DNA from: a virus
Taxonomy: Duplodnaviria; Heunggongvirae; Uroviricota; Caudoviricetes
Reading direction: 5' to 3' (one strand)
DNA: 8,248 nt
Virus record (IMG/VR): IMGVR_UViG_2671180849_000023
How positions within the stretch are numbered: the first letter of the stretch is position 1; each line of letters begins with the position of its first letter. This document shows, one piece after another, positions 1-7,765 of the stretch. The notes under the pieces were generated by a model. That model worked only from the letters and a program-made list of their open reading frames with translations, was not told the DNA's origin and made no database searches. The translations under genes and the position numbers were made by a program.

Positions 1-324
1 ATGGAAGACGGCGTTCAGGCAATGCGCGATTATCTTGCCGGACTGGATATCGCTTCGCCAGAGCATCAGGTTCTGATGAACGTAACAGCAAAAAGCGAGG
101 TCGCTCCGTCAATTATCAAAGAAAATCTCTCATTACACTTAACCCATACGGTGAAATGGACTGAATCTCTCGATACATTTCTGAATATGCCAACCCCGGT
201 AGCTTTCCTTGAAATAAGTAATAAGCCCTATTTGGGGAATATGTTAAATGATTTTGCTGGCGTGGTTCAGCAACGAGTTATGCATTGTCGTAAAGCATTT
301 AGTGATGCAAAGGTATTCAAATAA
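1..324 (+). CDS. 3' end of an acyltransferase gene (FabD/MdcH-like malonyl-CoA:ACP transacylase fold); 5' part lies outside the window
   Basis: Open frame running from the window edge to TAA at 322..324. The C-terminal 107 aa (…VKWTESLDTFLNMPTPVAFLEISNKPYLGNMLNDF…) aligns by eye with the C-terminal region of E. coli FabD (…VQWTKSVEYMAAQGVEHLYEVGPGKVLTGLTKRI…). Family assignment is from memory, not a search. Confidence 0.45.
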   Translation: MEDGVQAMRDYLAGLDIASPEHQVLMNVTAKSEVAPSIIKENLSLHLTHTVKWTESLDTFLNMPTPVAFLEISNKPYLGNMLNDFAGVVQQRVMHCRKAFSDAKVFK

Positions 325-378
325 TTCCTGATTATTTAACTTTTATTCGCTTTCAGGATAAACGAAATCTGATATACA

Positions 379-2196
<1,818 letters not shown>

Positions 2197-2199
2197 TCC

Positions 2200-2943
2200 A
2201 TGCATCGTATAGACACGAAAACCGCGCAGAAGGATAAGTTCGGCGCGGGTAAGAACGGTTTTACCCGTGGTAACCCCCAGACCGGCACACCTGCCACCGA
2301 TCTGGATGATGACTACTTTGACATGTTGCAGGAAGAACTCTGCAGCGTGGTGGAGGCATCCGGTGCCAGCCTGGAGAAGGGGCGGCATGACCAGCTGCTT
2401 ACCGCGCTTCGTGCGCTGCTGTTAAGCCGCAAGAATCCGTTTGGCGATATCAAATCTGATGGCACGGTGAAAACGGCTCTCGAAAACCTTGGTTTGGGAG
2501 AAGCGGCAAAACGAAATGTGGGCAACGGGGAAAACCAAATCCCTGATATGTCTTTCTGGACGGTTACTGGTGGCAATGGAAATTTTGTGATTCGTCAACC
2601 TGACGGGCTAATCATTCAGATGGTTACTGTAAGTATAAGCGGTCCAGTGGCGATGAATGGAATGACTGATAATGCTTATGCCATTACAGGTTCTAATAAG
2701 TCTTATATTGCCACAGCCACATTGCCCTTTGTATTTCCTAATAAGGTGCTGGGCGTTATCCCTCTGGTATCAACAACAGCTTATGGTGGTGTATCCAGTA
2801 ATATTACAGGTTCATACGCGACGGCGGTTTGTTCTTTTGCCGCTGTCAGGGGGAATAATACGATTGTGTTCAAAGTCGACAAACCACTGAATGCAGCCTT
2901 TCCTTCAGATACCAGCGTCTCAGCGTTAATCATTGGACGGTAA
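2200..2943 (+). CDS. Phage tail fibre protein in the currently expressed orientation (constant N-terminal domain to about 2502, then a variable C-terminal domain inside the invertible segment)
   Basis: ATG 2200 with GGAG Shine-Dalgarno 8 nt upstream. N-terminus [47 protein letters not shown] is the conserved N-terminal motif of Mu/P1/P2/e14-type tail fibres. The crossover site 2468..2503 lies in-frame, encoding …[11 protein letters not shown]…. Confidence 0.8.
   Translation: MHRIDTKTAQKDKFGAGKNGFTRGNPQTGTPATDLDDDYFDMLQEELCSVVEASGASLEKGRHDQLLTALRALLLSRKNPFGDIKSDGTVKTALENLGLGEAAKRNVGNGENQIPDMSFWTVTGGNGNFVIRQPDGLIIQMVTVSISGPVAMNGMTDNAYAITGSNKSYIATATLPFVFPNKVLGVIPLVSTTAYGGVSSNITGSYATAVCSFAAVRGNNTIVFKVDKPLNAAFPSDTSVSALIIGR
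2468..2503. repeat. Left inversion crossover site (pix/gix/hix-like), 36-bp perfect inverted repeat with 26-bp core at 2477..2502
   Basis: tgaaaacggctctcgaaaaccttggtttgggagaag is the exact reverse complement of 4421..4456. The 26-bp core ctctcgaaaaccttggtttgggagaa is an imperfect palindrome with central TT, resembling Hin/Gin/Pin recombination sites as I recall them. Confidence 0.8.
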
Positions 2944-2945
2944 GA

Positions 2946-3389
2946 ATGAACTCAGTATTCTTTTCACCCGCAAGTAAAAGTTTTTATCTGCAAGAATTGT
3001 TTCCAGAATATGAGGATGCGGGAACGCTTCCTGATGATGTTATTGAAATTACCAGAGAAACATATGAGCAATTTCTTGGGCTGCATCCAGAAGGGAAAGA
3101 AATTGGCGCTGACAGTTCAGGACGGCCAATATGGATTAATTCCCCGCCGCCTTCAAAAGAGGATGAGATGCTGGCGGCTGAAATGAAAAAGATATCTTTG
3201 GTTTCAGAAGTCAATACCTACATCAATACCCATCAGTGGCCTGGCAAAGCTGCTATTGGTCGTCTGAAAGGTTACGAGCTGGAACAATATAATTTATGGC
3301 TGGATTATCTGGACGCACTGGAACTGGTTGATACCTCCAGTGCTCCAGATATTGAATGGCCTACGCCTCCGGTAGTTCAGGCCAGATGA
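2946..3389 (+). CDS. Tail fibre assembly chaperone (Tfa) paired with the expressed fibre variant
   Basis: ATG 2946 lies 2 nt after the fibre stop, consistent with translational coupling. 147 aa, with the C-terminal motif …LDYLDALELVDTSSAPDIEWPTPP typical of Tfa proteins. Confidence 0.7.
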   Translation: MNSVFFSPASKSFYLQELFPEYEDAGTLPDDVIEITRETYEQFLGLHPEGKEIGADSSGRPIWINSPPPSKEDEMLAAEMKKISLVSEVNTYINTHQWPGKAAIGRLKGYELEQYNLWLDYLDALELVDTSSAPDIEWPTPPVVQAR

Positions 3390-3966
3390 CATCCGGCGCG
3401 GTGCTGGTATCTGTTGCAGTCACCGCGTCAATGTAATCCAGCACAGCGTTAAGCCGGGTTGTTTCTGCCTGCGTCAGCTTCCGCCCGGCCTGCAATTTCA
3501 GCTGAATCAGACTAATGGAAGCCATAGCAGCATCAATCAGTGACTGGCGCCGTACTTCTGCCGCGTCTACTGCGGCGTTATGCTGTGCCTCAGTATCGGT
3601 CACCCATTTCTCACCATCCCATTTATCGTATGACGTTAACGGGGCGATAGTGGTTGTATTTTCAGGGTAATCACCCGGAAGTGTGATTTCTTTTGATTCT
3701 CCTGTTTCGGTGCTATAGACGATTTCACCGCGATGGTCTGGCACATATTCCCATGAGTTAAAATCTGCAGAACGGCAAATTGCATAACCAGCTTTATATG
3801 AGCCAGGAGCATCTAAACAGGAACATGCCGGGATACCAACACCCACAGCAAGATATTCAGTTGATGTGGAAATATATTCCCGTGTTTCACCATCATAATT
3901 ATAAACGGTAATGTCTCCGGCCTTTGTGGCGATGAGTTCATTATTTAATACAGCTTTACTTATCAT
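3361..3966 (-). CDS. Alternative tail fibre assembly chaperone (Tfa') for the silent fibre variant
   Basis: 201 aa on the minus strand, with C-terminal …LDYIDAVTATDTSTAPDVIWPELPEA paralleling the plus-strand Tfa. Its ATG overlaps the upstream cassette stop in an ATGA arrangement. It lies inside the invertible segment. Confidence 0.75.
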   Translation of the reverse strand: MISKAVLNNELIATKAGDITVYNYDGETREYISTSTEYLAVGVGIPACSCLDAPGSYKAGYAICRSADFNSWEYVPDHRGEIVYSTETGESKEITLPGDYPENTTTIAPLTSYDKWDGEKWVTDTEAQHNAAVDAAEVRRQSLIDAAMASISLIQLKLQAGRKLTQAETTRLNAVLDYIDAVTATDTSTAPDVIWPELPEA

Positions 3967-4475
3967 GCAGCCCTCACAATATAATTAAAGGCGATGTTAC
4001 GGGAGCGGGTTTCAGATGCTGTGCGAACTGAGCGAGATGCGTCGAATGTCCAGTTATAAGCGCCATAACCCTCAATAATTGCGGCTTCCTTTAGACCTGT
4101 AGATAATACTTGCCCATGTTGACTAAATGGCCCTGAACTAAGTACGTCTCTAAAAAGCTGGGTACGCCCAAAAGAACCAACAATATTCTGAATTGCATCA
4201 TTCTGTGCAGATAATAAGTTACGACCAGAGTCAATCCCGCGCCCATCATCCCAGCCACGAATAAATTCACCGCGTAAATCTGGTAATTTTAATGTTGGGT
4301 AAGCCTTTGCCAGATTTGGGTACTTTTCAGAAGAAAATACTGCTCCGTTACATTTTAGCCACCCCGTTGGCGGAGTGGCGGAAGGCCACGGAACAGGCAC
4401 ACCAACGGGTAATGCCGAACCTTCTCCCAAACCAAGGTTTTCGAGAGCCGTTTTCAAACGAGCAAATGGCATCAT
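3963..4475 (-). CDS. Alternative tail-fibre C-terminal variable (receptor-binding) cassette, silent orientation; becomes fused to the constant N-terminus at 2200 after inversion
   Basis: The minus-strand ORF begins [18 protein letters not shown]…, so the crossover-site-encoded [11 protein letters not shown] lies at its N-terminus. The rest (153 aa) differs from the plus-strand variable domain. The ATG at 4475 lies outside the right crossover site and may be fortuitous. Confidence 0.65.
   Translation of the reverse strand: MMPFARLKTALENLGLGEGSALPVGVPVPWPSATPPTGWLKCNGAVFSSEKYPNLAKAYPTLKLPDLRGEFIRGWDDGRGIDSGRNLLSAQNDAIQNIVGSFGRTQLFRDVLSSGPFSQHGQVLSTGLKEAAIIEGYGAYNWTFDASRSVRTASETRSRNIAFNYIVRAA
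4421..4456. repeat. Right inversion crossover site, 36-bp perfect inverted repeat with 26-bp core at 4422..4447
   Basis: cttctcccaaaccaaggttttcgagagccgttttca; exact reverse complement of 2468..2503. Lies 46 bp upstream of the invertase start. Confidence 0.8.
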
Positions 4476-4501
4476 TCCTGCTTTTGTCAGGGAGATCTAC
4501 C

Positions 4502-5056
4502 ATGCTTATTGGCTATGTACGTGTGTCAACAAATGACCAGAACACAGATCTACAACGTAATGCGCTGAACTGTGCAGGATGCGAGCTGATTTTTGAAGAC
4601 AAGATAAGCGGTACAAAGTCCGAAAGGCCGGGACTGAAAAAACTGCTCAGGACATTATCGGCAGGTGACACGCTGGTGGTCTGGAAACTGGACCGGCTGG
4701 GGCGCAGTATGCGGCATCTTGTCGTGCTGGTGGAGGAGTTGCGCGAACGAGGCATCAACTTTCGTAGTCTGACGGATTCAATTGATACCAGTACCCCAAT
4801 GGGGCGCTTTTTCTTTCATGTGATGGGGGCCCTGGCTGAAATGGAACGAGAACTGATTGTTGAACGAACAAAAGCTGGACTGGAAGCTGCTCGCGCACAG
4901 GGACGAATTGGTGGACGTCGTCCCAAACTTACACCAGAACAATGGGCACAAGCCGGACGATTAATTGCATCAGGAGTTCCGCGCCAGAAAGTTGCGATTA
5001 TCTATGATGTTGGCGTATCGACTTTGTATCAGAGGTTTCCGGCAGGAGATAAATAA
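4502..5056 (+). CDS. pin: Serine DNA invertase of the Hin/Gin/Pin/Cin family
   Basis: 185 aa from ATG 4502, with GGGAG Shine-Dalgarno 7 nt upstream. MLIGYVRVSTNDQNTDLQRNAL… carries the catalytic serine motif VRVSTNDQ, and …DTLVVWKLDRLGRSMRHL…SLTDSIDTSTPMGRFFFHVMGALAEMERELIVERT…GRIGGRRPKL…VSTLYQRFP follows Hin/Pin closely. The track ORF extends upstream to 4292, but the conserved N-terminus sets the start at 4502. Confidence 0.85.
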   Translation: MLIGYVRVSTNDQNTDLQRNALNCAGCELIFEDKISGTKSERPGLKKLLRTLSAGDTLVVWKLDRLGRSMRHLVVLVEELRERGINFRSLTDSIDTSTPMGRFFFHVMGALAEMERELIVERTKAGLEAARAQGRIGGRRPKLTPEQWAQAGRLIASGVPRQKVAIIYDVGVSTLYQRFPAGDK

Positions 5057-5254
5057 AGACACAGCTCGTCGAATTCAAGAACGTGTGAGCCAATCTCATG
5101 ATGATTCATTATTTTCACATAGAGTCAATGACAAAAAACGGCTGCAAGGTAAACCACAACGATGGCTTTGTTAATTGATAGCGGTTTTGGTACTAAATGA
5201 TACAAATTAAAATGAATATCCTAGTGAATTACAACAATTTCAGGAGGAAATAGT

Positions 5255-5467
5255 ATGCCAAGAAAAACGCTAGAAAATTTGGTAAATGTTGCACGTCAGA
5301 CTCAGGAAATAGCGGATAAGAGAAGCCGTTTTTTCGGGTATCTTGAACAGCATGGCTTGAAGAGGAATGAGGATAGTGCTCACCTTTTTGCTATGCATTT
5401 ACGGTTGCAACACAATGAAAGAGATAATCTTGTCCATGAACTGATGTCCGGATTACATCATAAATAG
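5255..5467 (+). CDS. Hypothetical small protein (70 aa), no recognisable family
   Basis: ATG 5255 preceded by a strong Shine-Dalgarno AGGAGG (5242..5247, 7-nt spacing). AT-rich, convergent with the 114-aa/343-aa operon. Function unknown. Confidence 0.5.
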   Translation: MPRKTLENLVNVARQTQEIADKRSRFFGYLEQHGLKRNEDSAHLFAMHLRLQHNERDNLVHELMSGLHHK

Positions 5468-5501
5468 TGCATCATTCGAGCAAGAATATTATAAGACAAT
5501 A

Positions 5502-5524
5502 AACCAGCCAAAAACTGGCTGGTT
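5502..5524. terminator. Possible bidirectional hairpin terminator between convergent genes
   Basis: Stem CCAGCC (5504..5509), loop aaaaact, stem GGCTGG (5517..5522). On the minus strand it is followed by a T-rich run (TTTATTGTCTTAT); the plus-strand U-tract is weak. Confidence 0.35.
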
Positions 5525-5551
5525 GAACGTTAACTTTTTGAATTTAATCAA

Positions 5552-5896
5552 TTAACTTTGGTGTATGTCTTGGTAAGTCTCATCCGTCAGAGCCAATTTC
5601 ATGCAAATATCATCGTTAAGACTGACAATATCTTCGATCAGTTTATTGATCTCGAAATCGTTAAGTTTTGATACTGTTGCTTGAACTCGCCCCTCATCGC
5701 CAGTGGCATCAAACTTAGTCAGTTCCTTACATAATTCATCGAACCTGCTTTGTAAGGCATTTGGAATATCATCGGCTGTTTTAAGATGCCCAAGGCTAAA
5801 AACATACGAATTAATCAAGCGTTCTTGAATACTTCCATGGCCCGCAAGAGTAAGTACTGCAGTATGAAATTTTTCATGTGCATACTTTAAGGACAT
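5552..5896 (-). CDS. Hypothetical protein (114 aa), second gene of the cargo operon, no recognisable family
   Basis: ATG 5896 with GGAG Shine-Dalgarno at 5904..5907 (7-nt spacing), 51 nt downstream of the 343-aa gene on the same strand. AT-rich. No motif I can assign. Confidence 0.6.
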   Translation of the reverse strand: MSLKYAHEKFHTAVLTLAGHGSIQERLINSYVFSLGHLKTADDIPNALQSRFDELCKELTKFDATGDEGRVQATVSKLNDFEINKLIEDIVSLNDDICMKLALTDETYQDIHQS

Positions 5897-5947
5897 ATCT
5901 GGTCTCCGTGACTTATAACCTCAACCGACATAAATGGGGTTAAGTGA

Positions 5948-6979
5948 TTATTCTGAAACAATAGTGTTGAACTGACCTATAGAAACAGCACCCTTTTCAA
6001 TTACCTCTAAGTAACTGATTTTAATATGAGAGTTGTTTGACAAAGCGTCAACAATAGCTGTCAACTCATCTTGGGTGATAACATCAGCTGAAGCTTTGAT
6101 TGTGAAGCATTCGTCATTAGAGACCCTAACAACGTTAATATTAATATCCTGATTTGTTGGCCCTGTTCTGGTTACACCTTTGATGGAAAATATATCAGTT
6201 CGTTCTTTACGTTCTCTATCTACAGATTGTCGGCTGTTGTAGGTATTTAGGTCTTGTCGTGTTAGTTTCTCATTTCCTAAAGTCACGGTTTCGACAGTAG
6301 GATCAGCAGCTAATTGCTTCACTAAAGCACTTTTACCTGCTTGTCCGTGACTAGTAACTTTATCGCTAATCGCTGATTTCCCATAGATTTTATAATCTAA
6401 TGTTGCTTCTATGGCTTTGTTTATGCCATCGGATGTGGTTTTTGCAATTTCAACCTGCCGATCAGTTGCATGTCTTTCTGTTACGGCATTTTCTGAAATG
6501 TAGTGATAACCACATGTGCTGGCCGCGCCAACCATTGTGATTATAACAAGCATTTTCTGCCAGCCGTTCAGTCCAGACATAGTATCTCGCAAAAAATCAG
6601 TTACTGCGTTGATGATCTTGTCAGTGGTGCCTTCCGCATCACTAGAACCTTCGCTAATTTTAAAATTTATATCAAGTCGTTGCTTGTCTTCATTAGTCAA
6701 GCGTTGAAGATTCTGCGATCCGTATCGTATGGTTGCAAACGCCCGCTGTATCTCCTCGTTGAGCATTGACATACCAAACAACATTGCTGATGTAATTGAT
6801 GAATGATACCGCTCTCCTTTTACATTTATGTCTAAGGATGGCCAGCCTGCAAACTTTACGTTAGGGAAAATAAACTCTTTAGAATCAAGCCCCTCTCGGG
6901 CTTTCATTTCTTCCAGAAAGTTTAGAAAATCATCTTCACTACGGATCAGAAAATCAATCGAATCCACAGTAGCTTCCAT
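5948..6979 (-). CDS. Hypothetical protein (343 aa), first gene of the cargo operon, with one hydrophobic segment (aa 143..161); no recognisable family
   Basis: ATG 6979 with AAGGA Shine-Dalgarno 7 nt upstream; a long uninterrupted ORF. GC counted at 20/60 in each of 5941..6000 and 6001..6060, against 38/60 in smpB (7981..8040). Confidence 0.7.
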   Translation of the reverse strand: MEATVDSIDFLIRSEDDFLNFLEEMKAREGLDSKEFIFPNVKFAGWPSLDINVKGERYHSSITSAMLFGMSMLNEEIQRAFATIRYGSQNLQRLTNEDKQRLDINFKISEGSSDAEGTTDKIINAVTDFLRDTMSGLNGWQKMLVIITMVGAASTCGYHYISENAVTERHATDRQVEIAKTTSDGINKAIEATLDYKIYGKSAISDKVTSHGQAGKSALVKQLAADPTVETVTLGNEKLTRQDLNTYNSRQSVDRERKERTDIFSIKGVTRTGPTNQDININVVRVSNDECFTIKASADVITQDELTAIVDALSNNSHIKISYLEVIEKGAVSIGQFNTIVSE

Positions 6980-7034
6980 ATGAATATCCTTATTAAATTC
7001 TCATTCGGTTACTGTTTATTGTTGACTGATCAAT

Positions 7035-7063
7035 AAAAAAGCCCGCAATTTGCGGGCTTCTTT
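7035..7063 (-). terminator. Rho-independent terminator downstream of ssrA (minus-strand orientation)
   Basis: Stem GCCCGCA (7041..7047), loop att, stem TGCGGGC (7051..7057). On the minus strand the hairpin is followed by TTTTTTATTG; on the plus strand by the weaker TTCTTTC. Confidence 0.55.
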
Positions 7064-7188
7064 CACACTTGAGAGCCGCGGCTCCTTTGCGTATCCTTTT
7101 TTGTCTCCTCACCGTCTGGTCGGTGTCCTGCTGAGACTGCTAACTTCCTGTTTTTGTTGGTGTTGTCCTTACACCGTCCAATCATGAT

Positions 7189-7551
7189 TGGTGGAGCTGG
7201 CGGGAGTTGAACCCGCGTCCGAAATTCCTACATCCTCGGTACTACATGCTTAGTCAGTCTTTACATTCGCTTGCCAGCTGCGGACGGACACGCCACTAAC
7301 AAACTAGCCTGATTAAGTTTTAACGCTTCAACCCCAGGCAGGGCTTCCACGCGATCTCTTTTGGGTTTGACCTCTCTTGATCCCCGTCCTAAGAGCGGAG
7401 GCTAGGGAGAGAGGGCTCTAAGCAGGTTATTAAGCTGCTAAAGCGTAGTTTTCGTCGTTTGCGACTATTTTTTGCGGCTTTTTACGAGGCCAACCGCCCC
7501 TCGGCATGCACCTTGGGTTTCGCAAATCCCGTCGAATCCAGAATCAGCCCC
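7189..7551 (-). ncRNA. ssrA: tmRNA (transfer-messenger RNA, 10Sa RNA), 363 nt
   Basis: Reverse complement begins GGGGCTGATTCTGGATTCGACGGG and ends …GGGTTCAACTCCCGCCAGCTCCACCA (tRNA-like acceptor/T-arm with encoded CCA). The internal tag reading frame is at 7430..7462. Confidence 0.95.
7430..7462 (-). other. tmRNA tag-peptide reading frame (resume codon GCA through stop): ANDENYALAA*
   Basis: Minus-strand codons GCA AAC GAC GAA AAC TAC GCT TTA GCA GCT TAA, read directly from the sequence. This is the proteolysis tag of E. coli and close relatives. Confidence 0.9.
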
Positions 7552-7565
7552 AATGTGTAAAGGTA

Positions 7566-7571
7566 AGTATA
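7566..7571 (-). promoter_or_regulatory. Candidate -10 element (TATACT) of the ssrA promoter
   Basis: On the minus strand, TATACT lies 15 nt upstream of the mature tmRNA 5' end, consistent with a short precursor leader. No convincing -35 was found, so this is a weak call. Confidence 0.3.
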
Positions 7572-7765
7572 CCAGATTTATGAGCGCCATGACCAGCCTC
7601 AATGGCGTTATCGTTAAAGATTTAGCACCCATGTAGCCTGATTTTTATTCGATTAAGCAATGGGATGGCAACATTTGTGTCGGATGTGATAGCCAATAAG
7701 ATGTTGATTCGCGCCGCCGGAGAGGGAGGCGCGGTGAGGAACTGGTCAATAATTGGAGTGCAGGT

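Larger units (their letters stand above)
2490..4434. other. Invertible tail-fibre host-range segment, about 1.95 kb (e14 P-segment / Mu G-segment analogue)
   Basis: Bounded by the two crossover sites. Contains the variable C-terminus of the fibre plus Tfa on the plus strand, and Tfa' plus the alternative variable cassette on the minus strand, next to a serine invertase gene. Confidence 0.75.

Noticed and set aside
2672-3214. Track ORFs 2672..2890 (+) and 2984..3214 (-) within the invertible segment
   Set aside because: Both are embedded in alternative frames or antisense to the fibre and chaperone genes. They are low-complexity and have no start signals.
4292-4501. Upstream extension of the invertase ORF (track start at 4292)
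   Set aside because: The conserved serine-recombinase N-terminus (MLIGYVRVSTNDQ) begins at ATG 4502 with a Shine-Dalgarno just upstream. The extension would overlap the crossover site and the opposite-strand cassette and add about 70 residues with no match to this family.
4513-5174. Track ORFs 4513..4758 (-) and 4965..5174 (+)
   Set aside because: The first is antisense inside the invertase gene; the second overlaps the invertase 3' end in another frame. Neither has an RBS.
6334-6354. Near-miss P-loop (SHGQAGKS) in the 343-aa protein
   Set aside because: Walker A requires [AG]xxxxGK[ST]; here the first position is Ser, and no Walker B or other NTPase context is visible. Most likely a chance resemblance.
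6503-6769. Plus-strand track ORFs 6503..6769 and 6516..6707
   Set aside because: They are antisense within the 343-aa gene in AT-rich DNA. They have no translation signals and are hydrophobic and low-complexity, as expected from antisense reading.
6980-7036. Sigma-70 promoter for the cargo operon
   Set aside because: A TTTAAT -10-like hexamer exists upstream of the 343-aa gene on the minus strand, but I found no acceptable -35 at 16-18 bp spacing, and the region abuts the terminator. Too weak to annotate without transcript data.
7189-7260. tRNA gene call at the 3' end of ssrA
   Set aside because: The tRNA-like acceptor and T-arm belong to tmRNA itself, which runs contiguously to the GGGGCUG 5' end at 7551. 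It is not an independent tRNA.
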